From: a virus
IMG/VR virus record: IMGVR_UViG_3300029989_000006
Strand: one strand, 5' to 3'
DNA length: 64,000 bases
The translations under genes were made by a program, and so were the position numbers. Positions 36,586 through 48,831 of this stretch are shown piece after piece (position 1 is the stretch's first letter; every line of letters begins with the position of its first letter). The notes under the pieces are model-generated. The model saw only the letters and a list, made by a program, of their open reading frames with translations. It was not told the DNA's origin and searched no databases.

Positions 36586-38559
36586 TTAAGGATTACTACA
36601 ATCAGTTACAAAACTTATACTACCATAATTATCAGGTGTATTAACTACAGTTCCTGATTGTGCACATATATCTACAGCTGGATCTCCATATGAAATATTA
36701 AAACTAGATGTTCCTCCTCAACATGGTTCACATTCAAAATAAGCTATCTGTCCTGGAGTTACACATGTAGCAGAATATAATGAACATGTTCCTAATGTAG
36801 TAGTTCCTTCTGTAGTAGTTTCAGTAGTTGTATCTTCAGTAGTTGTGTTACCTGTTGTGTCCTCAGTAGTTGTTACTTCAGTAGTATTCTCAGTAGTTGT
36901 ACCTTGAGTTGTTTCTTGTGGACAACCATCTCCCTCAATTTGTGTTAACCCAGTAATTAATGGATAACCTCATTGTTCATAAGAAGGAGTACTTGCACTA
37001 TTAAATACAATATATATGGCAGAGCCATCAGTCATTATTGGATAATTTATACCACTATGATTGATTTCATTCTCAGTAGCAGCACAATACCCATAAAGTT
37101 GATCACCTTCATTAAATGGGCAGGCACTTACTACACTATAATAACCATAAGGTGTAGATGGTGTAGTTGTGTTTTCTGTCGTTATTTCCGTTGTAATAGG
37201 TAATGTTGTTGGTTGAGTTGTTGATTGAGTTGTTGATTGAGTAGTAATAGGTTGAGTTGTTTCTGTTGTAGTTTCTCCGGGACAATATTTTTGACCTGTT
37301 GAAATTACTGTTCCATTAACCCATTGATAATCTATACTAGTTCATGCATCTGTTACTGAATATATTTCATTTGCAAATATGTAATAATCTCCATCAATAT
37401 AAACTCTATCAAGAGAACTTAATTCCAAGGATGTATCTTCAATATGTTTATAATAATATCCATCATTAGGACATTTTACATAAAAAGTATAATAACTTCC
37501 TAAAACTGTACTTCCAGGTAATGTTGTTGGAGCTGTAGGAGGTATTGGAGTTGTAGGTGGAATAGTTGTTGTTGGTATAATAGTGGTTTGTTCTTCAGTA
37601 GTAGGTTCATCTGTAGTAGTTGCTAATGTATAAAAACTTAATTGATTTCCATAAGCTGTACCAGCACTATTTATTGCATAAGCCCTTACATAATATAATG
37701 TCTCAGAATATAATCCAGAGAGATAACTACTAAAACTTCCAGAACCAGATCCATCAATTGTTTTTGGATTACTAGTTGTTGGATTTTGACTTGTACTTCA
37801 ACATATTCCTCTTACAGAAATTGATGCTCCACCATTATTAGTTATATTTCCTCCAGAAAATGCATAAGAATCACTAATACCAGTAATTGAATTAGTACTA
37901 ATAGTAGGTAATACCGCTGAACTATTTATGCTAAATTGTTGTCCATAAGATGTTCCTGAAGCGTTAATAGCATAAGCTCTAATATAATAAGTTATACCTG
38001 GAGTTAATCCAGTTATAATACTTGAATATATTCCAGTTCCAGATCCATTATTAGTTTTACTATTAGTAATTGTTGGATTTTGAGAAGTACTTCAACATAC
38101 TCCTCTACTTGTAACAGTTCTATTTCCACTACTTATAACATTTCCACCACATTCTGCAGTACTTGCTCCAGTAATAGTAGGACTTAATGTTAACACAACA
38201 GGAGGTCCTAATGTTGTAGTAGGTGTAATAGTAGTAGGAATTAAAGTTGTAGGAATTAATGTAGTTGTTGGTCCAAGTGTTGTTGGATGACATTCTGCTC
38301 CATCTACTATTCCTTGTGGAATATTAGAAAGTTTATAACCAGGATTAGATTGATCTATAAATAAAATAAAATCATTATATCTTGTAGTATAATCTAAATT
38401 GGTATATAATTTTAATTCATCTGTTGTAATTAAAGGATATGATCGTCCTTGTATTGTAAAAGCATTTAGAAGATTTCATGTAGATACTGCAACTAATGCA
38501 TCATCTATATATTTATTAACTTCTAATAAATAACCTAATTTTTTTCCAGTATTCGCCAT
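36586..38559 (-). CDS. Mucin-like protein: two FN3-like domains, four Thr/Pro/Glu-rich tracts and Cys-rich modules, 657 aa (code 4); absent from the ORF track
   Basis: Two copies of GGN...RG(V/I)CW(TGA)STSQNPT...GL....YY(I/V)RAYAIN..GT.YG; tracts such as ETTQGTTTENTTEVTTTEDTT. Confidence 0.85.
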
Positions 38560-38571
38560 TAATATTTATAT

Positions 38572-40413
38572 TTAAATTTCTATTATTGTAACAGTATTAT
38601 TTGCTTGTAAGTATTGAATATCACCATCTGGTTGTCCCTCATTACAGGTCATTAATGCTGAGGGAACTGTTAAAGTAATTGTATTTTCTACTATACCATT
38701 AAATACACCATTAAATTCAACTGTTATACCCAAATTTGTACATAATGGAATATTAATTAGTATAAGATTTGCACAATCATAAAAACAATTATTTCCAATT
38801 GTAGTTAAATTAGGAAAATCTAAACTTATTAAACTTCCACAATTATAAAAACATCATTCTCCAGTAATAGTTAAATTAGGTAAAGTTACAGTATTAAGAT
38901 AAATGCATCCACTATAATTGCGTGAACCAAAACAATTATTTCCAGCAATAATAATACATCCAGCATTATCCTCAAATCCTCTTATGTTAATACCATAACC
39001 ACCTACATCATCAAATAAATTATCTTTTAATATAATATTAGATCCTCCATAAAGATTAACTACATTATCAATAACATTAACAGAAGTAAATGGAGTTCCA
39101 TTAGTAGGTAAATCAAAAAATGTATTTCAATCACTAACATTAGACGAACTACCAGAAATTAATAAATCTGCATAAGTAATATTAATAAGTGTAAGTTTTA
39201 ATGATTGTTCTTCAACAGTTGTTGTTATAATTGTAGTAGTTGTAGTAGTTTCTTCTATAGTAGTTATAGTATCTATATATCTACTTCTTGCCCCACTTGT
39301 TAAATCATGTCATACTGTATTATCTTCAATTATAGGAATAATGGAATGATCTCTATATTGTGTTTCTTTTAAATCTTCAGCCATTCACCATTGTGAATCT
39401 ATTAATACACAATTATATCTACGTGAATCATTTCCTACATAAATTGCATGATTATCTAAAATTTCAATAGGAGTATCTACAATTAATCGGATTGAAAAAC
39501 CACTATTTATTGAATAATTATGTCCTTTATTTAAAGAATTTGAATAGTCATTTAGGAAAATGTATGTTGGAATTCCATAATATAAAGTTGATATTCAAAA
39601 TCATGTTGTATAACCCTTATAATAACACTCACCTGAATTATCTCTATATCCTCCTGGTTTTGCAGTAAATCCAAAATCATTTGTACTTCCTGAATCAGTA
39701 ATTCAGTTTTCAGTACCTATTTCTTTTAATTTTCCCCCTGCAATTCCAATATCTCCTAAAAATGTTATTAAGGTATTAATCTCATTATTTGTTGGCACAT
39801 GTGCATTTGAATTGGAAATATTTCTTTCATCTAATATAGTATAGCCATTATATAAATATATATTATCATATTCATCTATAGTTGTTGATAAAGTAGTTCC
39901 TATTGTGGTTTCAGTACTAGTAGGTTCTGTTGTAGTTATAGTAGATTCTGTTGTAACTTCAGTTGTTGTTTCTTCAATAGTAGTCTCTTCAATAGTAGTC
40001 TCTTCTGTTGTAGGTATTTCTAAATATTGACATATTCAGGTTCTAAATATAGATATAAAAGAATTATGTGGAACTTTATATTGACACACAAATTCATTAA
40101 TATTTGTATTATAAAATATGTATAAAATATGTTGACAAATATATTTATTAAATCTTGACGTGTATGATATTATTGGAATAGTAGTTGTTGTAGGAATTAT
40201 TATATTTAATGCTTGACAAACAGAATTTACTCATAAAGAATCATAAGATAATTTTGAAACATGTGTAGTAGTTGTATCAACAATAATCTGACATAAATAC
40301 TCATTAAATTGAGAATAATAAGAAACTAATTCTTCTATTTGTTCACAACTAAAATCAGTAAATTTTACACAATATCTTTTAAAATCCAGTACTGGTGGAC
40401 AAATATTACTCAT
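38572..40413 (-). CDS. Mucin-like protein: Thr tracts, permuted FISUMP domain and BspA-type LRRs, 613 aa (code 4)
   Basis: HVPTNNE...GGKLKEIG...TNDFGFTAKPGGYR...GFSIRLI, then QWWMAEDLKETQYRD; C-terminal CFYNCGSLISLDFPNLTTIGNNCFYDC. Confidence 0.8.
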
Positions 40414-40552
40414 GTGGATAAATACTTTCTATATATTTAATGAATCAAATTTTTTGTACAATAGATTCTCATTTAACAAATCTTCCAAATTTAGATAACT
40501 CTACTAAGTTTTCTACTTCATGTATTACATCTAATTTAAGTTCATTAAGCAT
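40406..40552 (-). CDS. Small hypothetical protein, 48 aa (code 4)
   Basis: MLNELKLDVIHEVENLVELSKFGRFVKWESIVQKIWFIKYIESIYPHE; fills the gap with short overlaps on both sides. Confidence 0.5.
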
Positions 40553-41348
40553 GGCAATTACAGTTATTAGTTGTTGTAGTGACATATTCTTTACATACTG
40601 AACAAAATGATGCATCATATATTAATTTTGATGCCTTATAATATTGAAGTAATTCAACATAATATGTTACTGTATTAGTTATAGAAAAAATCATATCTCT
40701 TTTTCTACATAATTCTGTAAATTCATTGTTATTCTTAATACAAGTTGGATCAGTATATTTTGTTGCAAATTCTGCCAATATAAAATCTAAACATTTTAAT
40801 AAATAACATTGACTAATAACATCTATTTTAGTTATTAATACATTACTATTTGTTAGATTAAAAGTAGTAGTTAATAATGTATAGATATCAACAACTGTTT
40901 CTATTCCATTATTTACAGTATATACTTTTAGATCTGATTTTACATAATAATTATGATTTGAAGAAATTGCTCTAGTTATATTTTTAATAGATTCTTTTGG
41001 AATACCAATTGAATATATTGAAAAATATCCATCTTCAGTTAATGAAGTTATTTGATTAATCCCTGCATTAAATACCAAAGTAGCAAAATCTTCTCCTGGA
41101 ACATATGGAACCAATCTTCCAGTATTACTTGTAGAAGTTACATTTGTAAAAGTTCCGTTATGATTATTCTTAATTATATATGTAAAAAAGTATACATCAT
41201 CAATATAATAATCTTTTAAAGCTGTAGGAGTATCTACTCCTGGTTTTAGAAATCCACTAGGATTATCTGAACTCTTAAATTCTGTTGTATTATTAGTTTG
41301 AAGACTACAATTATTTAAAGAGCAAAAATCATTTTTAATTATTACCAT
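40545..41348 (-). CDS. Post-portal structural protein, 267 aa
   Basis: Intact ORF with a C-terminal KRD...Y...C..C...CNC pattern. Confidence 0.6.
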   Translation of the reverse strand: MVIIKNDFCSLNNCSLQTNNTTEFKSSDNPSGFLKPGVDTPTALKDYYIDDVYFFTYIIKNNHNGTFTNVTSTSNTGRLVPYVPGEDFATLVFNAGINQITSLTEDGYFSIYSIGIPKESIKNITRAISSNHNYYVKSDLKVYTVNNGIETVVDIYTLLTTTFNLTNSNVLITKIDVISQCYLLKCLDFILAEFATKYTDPTCIKNNNEFTELCRKRDMIFSITNTVTYYVELLQYYKASKLIYDASFCSVCKEYVTTTTNNCNCHA

Positions 41349-41350
41349 TT

Positions 41351-43576
41351 TTAATATTTTCAAGTACTGTTTTTAACCTCATCATTTCTATGATTTTCAT
41401 CTAATAATTGTAGCCCTTCAAGTTGTACACCTTTCTTTTCTAACTCTAATTTCTCTTCGTTAAAACTATTTAAGGTTTTAGCTTGATACCATTTCAATTG
41501 TTTTTCAAATTCCAATCTATCTCTTTCAAGTTGTAACTTGTCTGCAGATAGTTTTTGAACTTCTTGTTGTAACTTTTGAGCTTCAGATGTTGTTTCTTTC
41601 AATTGTTTATCCAATTGTTCAACTTGCTGAGATAATTGTCCAAGTTGATTATTTTCTTTTCTTTTCTTATTTAATGCTAATAAAACATCTTCTTTCATTC
41701 TTGTTAATCCTGAAGAAGTAATTACTTCCAGAATAATTTCTGGATCAACATTTCCTGCTTTTATAAATTCAGAAGATAATTGTTTTATTGTTTCTTGTTC
41801 TTTCATTATTTCTGTAGTATCTGATACATGTATATCATAATCAGTTATTGTATAATGTTCTGGTAATGCAGTAAATACTTTATTTAATCTATCACCTAGA
41901 ATTAATGTTCCAGAAATTCCTTTCTTATAAATAATTTTAGCAAGGTTAAGAATATCAAGTAATATTTCTCTTGTCATTAAATCCATGACTTGATAATATT
42001 GTTTTGTAATAAAAAATGATTGTTGTACTCCAACTTTAACATTTGTTACTGCATCTTTTTGTTCTATTCCTCCAAGTTTTTCTTTAAAAACTCCAGTAAT
42101 AGTTGAACAAGTTTCTTCTACTCTTTGTATAGCTAATTCAATTGCCTGTATTGCATTTAATTTAACTGTATCATCATATCCACCAAAAGTTGTATTCATA
42201 GGAGGTAATCCTTCTTGAGAAGAATCTATAATTTTTATACCAGTTTTTCCATATGCTTTCCATTTCATTAATCTTTCAGTTAAATCTGATCCTAAAACTT
42301 TTGGTAAATATGCTATATCTAATCAATCACCAGTAGAACCTGATTCTGCAATAATATTATCTCTATAAAAATGTAATATATCAAATTTATCCTGTAAATT
42401 AGCTGTGCTTAAAATTAAAGACCAAGGATCTCCATTTCTATCTGCATAAAACATTCCATTAATAGTTAGTGAACAATGTTTTGGATTATCAGCACTTCTA
42501 ATTATATTTTTTGATAAACCTGTTGGAATAAATATATTAGTTCCAATACGAGTTCCTTCATATCTATTCATAATATATTCATTATTTTTATCCTTTTCAG
42601 ATTTTAATCATTCTACTTCATATACAGGATATACTCTAAAATACTTAGAAGTATTTCTTTCATAAGGTAATAGAGGTGTAACTTCAAATCCTCCTAAAAT
42701 TCCATCAGAGATAGTATTTCCAGTAGTTGAATCATAACTTCTTAGATAAGTTGTAGTAGAACCATCAATACTGAAATCTTCCATATCTTCTAATTTCTCT
42801 AAATCATCTGGAGTAAGTATATCTCCATATCTTGCAAAGATTTGATCTTTTGTAAGATATTCACGAGATACTGCTCTCATTGAATCTTTTAAATATGGTG
42901 ATTCAGAATTTCTATCAATAAAAGTATTGATTGGATTTAGTACTTTTAATTGAACATTTTCCTTAGAATCAGATGCAAGTACTCTATAATAACATGTACC
43001 TGATACTAACATATCAGTTAATATTGTTTTTCTTTTATTAGTAAAATCAATGTTTCTTGATTGCATTGCTCAATCTATAATATTTTGTCCTGCAATTTCG
43101 TAATCAGATATGAAATTTCTTTCAGTTGCCTCTAATACTTTATCAAGTTCTTCCTGTATTTGTGAATCAGGAGTTCCTGGTTTTCCTTGTAAAGCAGAAT
43201 AAATTTGATTTTGTAAATGTTGTTTCAATACATTTACAATTTCAGAATTTATTTTTAATTGTTTATCTCTATGAATATTAGATAAAGTATCTTCATCTTT
43301 GCATGAAATTCTTGGAAGTAATGGTGTTGATAAATATTCCCCAATTAAAACATCTACATGTTTTCTCACCAAAGGAATAAACTCTACTGATGTAGGTGTA
43401 CCTATACCATAATTTTCTTCTAGATGCCTAAATTGCTCAGGATCTCTTTTTCCATGATAATAATTATAGGCTTTAATTAATTGAGTTTTTTCATAAACTA
43501 ACTCATTAATTGCTCTGTTAATATTATCAAGAATTTCTTGTTCTTGTTCTTGTTTATTCTTTTTCTTTTGAGTCAT
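41351..43576 (-). CDS. Portal protein, 741 aa (code 4)
   Basis: Four track ORFs are in one frame. YNYYHGKRDPEQFRHLEENYGIGTP and GGIEQKDAVTNV are crAss portal motifs; ends TGA-AAA-TAT-TAA. Confidence 0.85.
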
Positions 43577-43829
43577 TTGTTCTAATTACTTTATACATAT
43601 CAGCTCTCATGTAATTTCTTGTTCTTATTTCTGCATAAATAAAATTTAAAAAACTTTCATCATTATCATAATCACATGTAATTGTTGTAGGAAACATATA
43701 ACTAGGAATACCTATAATAAAAACATAACCTGGATTAAGTTTCTTTACTTGCAATAATCCAATATACTCTGCTTTATAACAATTCTTTATATAATCAAGA
43801 ATCACTTGCCTTAATTCTACTTCGTCCAT
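43554..43829 (-). CDS. Small protein between TerL and portal, 91 aa
   Basis: ORF with probable start MDEVELRQ. Confidence 0.6.
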   Translation of the reverse strand: MDEVELRQVILDYIKNCYKAEYIGLLQVKKLNPGYVFIIGIPSYMFPTTITCDYDNDESFLNFIYAEIRTRNYMRADMYKVIRTNDSKEKE

Positions 43830-45888
43830 TTCTTTCTTCTTCAGTTTTAGGTATTTTACCTCAATGTTTATAACCATTTCTATCAGTAAATCATCCTATA
43901 TCACTAAATGTTTTACCCTTTGGTTCTCTTTCTTCTGGTTTTTTAAAAGATAATTCCTCATCTCCTAATTCAGCCATTCCCATAGCTGCCACAATATCAA
44001 AGTCTTTCTTTTTCTCATCAGAATAGTTTAATAATTGTTCAACCATTTCTCTAAATGCAATTGTATGAGAATAATCTAAACAAAAATCATATATCAATTC
44101 TCTATAGTGTGTAATTACTTTTAAAGTTGCAGGAGTTCCTCTCATTTGTGAATTACCTTTAGATACATCTGGCATAGTCGCACGTGGACGTTTCATTAAT
44201 AATTCTATCATTTTTTTATCTCTAAAATAAGTAGAGATAGCTGTTCTAGTTGATTCTAAAACTGCTTGGCAACCATAATAAGTTAATAATTTTGCTGCAT
44301 TATCATAAGCTTCTCTAGGATCTCTGGGTCTATCTTTATATATTGCAACATACATTGGTTCAGATATTCCAAATACTCTTTTCTTAATTACTATACAGAA
44401 ATCAGAAACAGTTTTATCATCTTGATTAGATGTATCATCAGTTCCTATATCAATAGAGTCAATTCCTCCAACATATAAATTCTTATAGTCTAGTCCTGCT
44501 TCAGATAATAACGGATGTTCAATTATTAAAATCTTTCCATCACCTTCTTCTCTTCCTTCTCTTCATTTTACTCCAGTGGGATTATCTTTATCATCTCTCT
44601 GCCAAACTAAAGATCCAAAATGTGGTTTTGGAACATCTTTATAAATATCAATCCTTGCCATTTGCTCTGCAAGTTCTTCTCTTGGAAACATATTATCACC
44701 TTGTTGGATTAATGCTTCCTCAATTGTAAAACAGAACTCTGCTTTAAAGATTAATAAACTTTTAGGGTTTGCAACCTTTGTTTTTCTAATCTCATTTCAA
44801 TATTCTTCTGCTGCATCTCTATTACATCATCCTCTTTTGTCTACTAAACTTGCAACCATTCTAGTTGCAGGAATAAACATTCCAGTTAAAATATATTTTC
44901 TATCAGGAGTATAATTATGTCTAACCTTTAAAATATTATAAACATCTGGTTTAAGAATTAAATCTCTCATTCCAGCTACAGCAGCTCCTTTATCTCCACC
45001 TGTACCCCAAGCAATTCGTATTCCAATTCTATCTCCTCCAAGTACAGTTACTAACGCTTCTGCTTGTAAGAATTTTTCAAGTAATATTTTATCAGCTCCG
45101 GCTTCTTCAAATAAAATTCTTTCAGTTCTATCTCCTCTGATTTTCTCAGCTGAGTCTACAACTAATCCTTCTATTTCAGACATATGCCCAGTTTCTCCAC
45201 CATCTCTTAATTTCTTAGAAGCACGTTTATGCATGGCAGAATTCTGAACCATTCTTACACGTTTAAATGCTCCTTCAGTTTCAGATGATAACCAATCTAA
45301 TTGGAACCAGGCTTTAGCTAATAATGGTTTTAATAATTTCTCAGAGAATGCAGATGCAACAACTCTATAATTTGGTGTTGTAATAAAAGGTCTAACACAT
45401 AAACAAGCACCCATTTCGGAATAACCTAACGCACGTGCTTTAAGAAGTCCCACATCCTTTCTTAATATTTCACACATTTCAACATAATGAAAAAACTCAT
45501 ACTGAAATACTAAAAATCTAGGAAAAGCCATTGTTCTACCTGAACCAGCTTTTGCATCTTTATCAGAATCTTTTAAGTGGTAAAAATTTAATCAAAAATA
45601 ATTATCACCAGTGATTCTATATCCATTAATTTCATAACCTTCTTTACATCTTTTAAATTTTTCATCCCAAAAATCACGATAACTTTTAGTTCCAACTATA
45701 GTTTTACTATATCTTCCAGTTTTAATTTTTGTAATAGCATCAGGTCTAAATCAATCAGGATTAAAATCTAATCCTTTAGTATCATTAATAGGTCGATAAC
45801 CAGTTATTTCATATGATAATTCTGGATCAAAATACTCAATTTTCTGATCTATTGGTATATCTCACTTAACTGTAAATTCCTTAATCAT
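43774..45888 (-). CDS. terL: Terminase large subunit, 704 aa (code 4)
   Basis: Walker A-like LKARALGYS, Walker B ILFEEAG, nuclease YVGGIDSID and FDIVAAMG; continuous only when TGA is read as W. Confidence 0.92.
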
Positions 45889-46456
45889 ATGTTCCTGCCT
45901 CCATATTTCCTCTTAATCCATTAGAAGGCTCAATCTCTTTCTTAACTTGTTGTTCTAACTCATTAAGTGTTACAATTAAATCTTTACACCCTTTTATTTC
46001 CGCAATTAAATCTTTAGATTTAAAAATTGGTTTTCCAGTTAATGGATCTCTTTCATTTAAATCTATATGATTTAAATAATATATCTGAGACTCTACAGCA
46101 TTCATTGCACTCTTTAATAATCTTAAAGGAATACTAGAATTCTGCAACTCATCATATTTTCTGCAAGCACTTCTAAATTCTGGATCATTGAATTGTTCAT
46201 TTGTTAATCCAGAATCTTGTAATGCACCTTCATGTCTATCTTGTTCAGGTATACTAAAATATGGACTTTCCCAATCAAAGAATAAATAAATATATTGAAA
46301 CTCTTTAAATGCTCTTTCTTTATTTTTACCTATTTTATCAGATTTTGTTTTGTTTCTTGTTAATTCCATTAATATAGCAAACTCTTTTATTGCTAAAATA
46401 CCAATATCATTGAGTGCTACACATTCATTATCCTTATCATATTGAAAAAATTTCAT
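45881..46456 (-). CDS. Putative terminase small subunit, 191 aa
   Basis: Overlaps the TerL start and is helical; the call rests on gene order. Confidence 0.45.
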   Translation of the reverse strand: MKFFQYDKDNECVALNDIGILAIKEFAILMELTRNKTKSDKIGKNKERAFKEFQYIYLFFDWESPYFSIPEQDRHEGALQDSGLTNEQFNDPEFRSACRKYDELQNSSIPLRLLKSAMNAVESQIYYLNHIDLNERDPLTGKPIFKSKDLIAEIKGCKDLIVTLNELEQQVKKEIEPSNGLRGNMEAGTYD

Positions 46457-46459
46457 ACA

Positions 46460-47731
46460 CTATTTTTTAGGTTTTACTTTAAAATTAGGTTTTGCTTTCT
46501 TTACTTTTTCTATAACTTGTTTATTTGAAATATCAGGTTTCTTTGTTTCAAAATTAGGAACAAAACTTGGCTTTACTTTAGGTTTTACTTGTACTTGTTT
46601 AATAAAGTTTCCACCTTTCTTCATAAGATGTGGATTTGTTGTTTTTCCAAAATTGGGTACCATTGTTTTTCCAACAAACTCAATAGGTCTTGTTTGAGTA
46701 ATACCTGCTATTTCTTTTAAAGGAGTTTCTTGTTTTCTTGATGCAATATTTTTCATTCTTGCAATAAAATCTAAATTCTGTTCAGCAGTTCCTTTATAAT
46801 TCTCTATTCCTAAAGTTTTTGCTAAAAGTTTTCTATCTACCATTCCATTATTTAATCCAATAGATTTTAAATAATCAACTATTGATGCATTAGGATTTGC
46901 TATACCTGTTGTGGCTGTTGTATCTGTTATAATTGGTTTTACACCAGGTTTACTAACTATACCTTCAGGAACATTAATTGATCCATTTGTATTTTTAAAT
47001 ATATTATTTAAAATAGATGGATCTGTTCCATAAGAAATAACTTGTGTACCTGATTCATTTTCTTTTAATTTATTTAAAATTTCATTTGATCTAAATTGTG
47101 CTAGTGGGTCAGTCTGTAATCCTATATCTATTTTTGTATTAACTATATTTGCACCTTGAGTAGAAACTCTAGTATCATTTACTCTATTATTAAAAGCTTC
47201 TACTATCGGGGTAAGTAGATTAAGATTAGAATTTATAACTGCACCAGGTCTTCCATGATATATAGGTTTATCTAACCATTCAACAACCTTGGGATTCATT
47301 ACAGCTTGTCCACCTGCTAATTTTTGAATTAATCCACCAGATTCTTTTTTATCAACTTTTCCACCCTTACAATTACAAGCACATTTGGAAATCATTGTTC
47401 CCCCTTCAGCTTTAACTTCTATCATATTGCAACCACAACCACATTTTTTAGGTGTTGCTTTTCCTTTTTTTAACTTTAATAAATACCCTCCCTTTTTAGC
47501 AGAGACTACTTCGTTATCTTCCTCATTAATTACCTTATCAACAGTTCCATCTGGATCTTCTTCGTAATCAGAAAATAATTGTTGTGGATCCTTTTTTAGA
47601 ATCAATTTTTTAATATGATCCTGAAGTTCTGGTTTCATATCTCCATTTTCGTCTAGGATATCTTCTTCTGTATAACCCCTTTTCTTTAAATAATTTATAG
47701 CGAAATTACTCACCAATTCTTCTTGATTCAT
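46460..47731 (-). CDS. Virion-associated protein with several K-x-x-x-GG motifs and a DUF3597-like cell-wall-binding segment, 423 aa
   Basis: SIVDYLKSIG...RKLLAKTLGIENYKGTAEQNL; CGCGC and CACNC clusters. Confidence 0.55.
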   Translation of the reverse strand: MNQEELVSNFAINYLKKRGYTEEDILDENGDMKPELQDHIKKLILKKDPQQLFSDYEEDPDGTVDKVINEEDNEVVSAKKGGYLLKLKKGKATPKKCGCGCNMIEVKAEGGTMISKCACNCKGGKVDKKESGGLIQKLAGGQAVMNPKVVEWLDKPIYHGRPGAVINSNLNLLTPIVEAFNNRVNDTRVSTQGANIVNTKIDIGLQTDPLAQFRSNEILNKLKENESGTQVISYGTDPSILNNIFKNTNGSINVPEGIVSKPGVKPIITDTTATTGIANPNASIVDYLKSIGLNNGMVDRKLLAKTLGIENYKGTAEQNLDFIARMKNIASRKQETPLKEIAGITQTRPIEFVGKTMVPNFGKTTNPHLMKKGGNFIKQVQVKPKVKPSFVPNFETKKPDISNKQVIEKVKKAKPNFKVKPKK

Positions 47732-47766
47732 GTTTTTATAATTTTATTAAATAATCTTTTTAGTAA

Positions 47767-47988
47767 CTATAATTTTTGCAAATCCTTAGTATTATAAATT
47801 GCGTCTTGTAATTCTCCTGTGGTTGTAAACCATCTACATAAGATTCCTTGAAAGAAATCACCATTAATATTTCCAGTTCTAATTGTCTTTGTTACTTTTT
47901 TAACAACAATCATGATTGGTTTGTTAGGTAACTTTTGACGTAAAGTAACCAAATCGCCAGGTAGAAAATATATTTTTTCATTATCCAT
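47767..47988 (-). CDS. DUF2158/YodC-like protein, 73 aa
   Basis: PGDLVTL...PIMIV...CRWF...G..Q pattern. Confidence 0.6.
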   Translation of the reverse strand: MDNEKIYFLPGDLVTLRQKLPNKPIMIVVKKVTKTIRTGNINGDFFQGILCRWFTTTGELQDAIYNTKDLQKL

Positions 47989-48520
47989 TTTTAATTTTAT
48001 TAAATCTTTCTGTTAATCCTTCATTTAATGCACACAATATTTGTGGTTCACTTGTTTGAATCCAACCTAATGATAGAAAAGGTACTGGATATACAGTTCT
48101 TGTATCATAAAACACATCATCATTAGTTTTTAAATAATGACATTCTGGCCCAATCTCAATTACTTTAGCGCAACCTACAAAAGTTTTTAACGTATCTTTC
48201 TCTCCAGAATCTGGATTATTAAAAGATCCATTATACTCAACAATAATTCCTCCTTTACTCGCAAGTTTCCTATAAGGATTTTCAGGATAAGGTAATAATA
48301 TTACTTTATTACCTAAAGGAATTAATTCAAGTTTTTCTAATTTCTTATCTAATTCTTCTTGTTTTTGTAAAGCAAGTTCACGATATAGTTTACCTGCTTC
48401 TTCTAAATCTTTTTCAGCTTTAATTTCTTCCACTTGTTTTTTTAATGGACTTTCTGGAATAATTAATTTGTTTTTACCTGAAAAGTAAAATTTTGATTCT
48501 TGTTCTTCTTTTAAACTCAT
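47981..48520 (-). CDS. GroES-like co-chaperonin with an N-terminal extension, 179 aa
   Basis: LIPLGNKVIL...KGGIIV...AKVIEIGP...LKTNDDVFY. Confidence 0.7.
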   Translation of the reverse strand: MSLKEEQESKFYFSGKNKLIIPESPLKKQVEEIKAEKDLEEAGKLYRELALQKQEELDKKLEKLELIPLGNKVILLPYPENPYRKLASKGGIIVEYNGSFNNPDSGEKDTLKTFVGCAKVIEIGPECHYLKTNDDVFYDTRTVYPVPFLSLGWIQTSEPQILCALNEGLTERFNKIKNG

Positions 48521-48555
48521 TTTCTAATTTTCTTATTAACATTTACATTTATCTT

Positions 48556-48831
48556 CTACCATTTTTTAGCTGGGCAGTGAGCTTCTGGTACTCTTGTTTT
48601 TGAACCTAATACACATCCACATCCTCTATAAAATCCTATTTTACCTACTTCTGAAGTTTCTCCAGTAATAGGATTTAGATATAGACTTTCATTACAAAGT
48701 TCTCCAAAAATACTATGTATTTTTAATAATGGACAGCCATTTCTACAAACTGCAATTCTTGTTTTAAATAATGTCTCTTGTAAATTCAAAGCATTATTTA
48801 CAGATCCCTCAATTATTTGACTAAATGACAT
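48556..48831 (-). CDS. Cys-rich (Zn-binding) small protein, 91 aa
   Basis: R..VC..CP...GCGC.L.SKTR...HCP..KW; start MSFSQII. Confidence 0.65.
   Translation of the reverse strand: MSFSQIIEGSVNNALNLQETLFKTRIAVCRNGCPLLKIHSIFGELCNESLYLNPITGETSEVGKIGFYRGCGCVLGSKTRVPEAHCPAKKW

Noticed and set aside
32998-40413. Diversity-generating retroelement targeting the FISUMP domains
   Set aside because: I saw no reverse transcriptase or TR/VR pair in the window; one elsewhere in the genome cannot be excluded.
1-46000. Pseudogenes or sequencing errors explaining the fragmented ORFs
   Set aside because: The breaks I followed are in-frame TGAs, several at conserved Trp positions, with no frameshifts, and a UCA tRNA is present.
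4901-47567. + strand track ORFs (e.g. 4901..5188, 9497..9964, 12148..12501, 22892..23134, 26083..26385, 36973..37203)
   Set aside because: They are antisense shadows of well-supported - strand genes.
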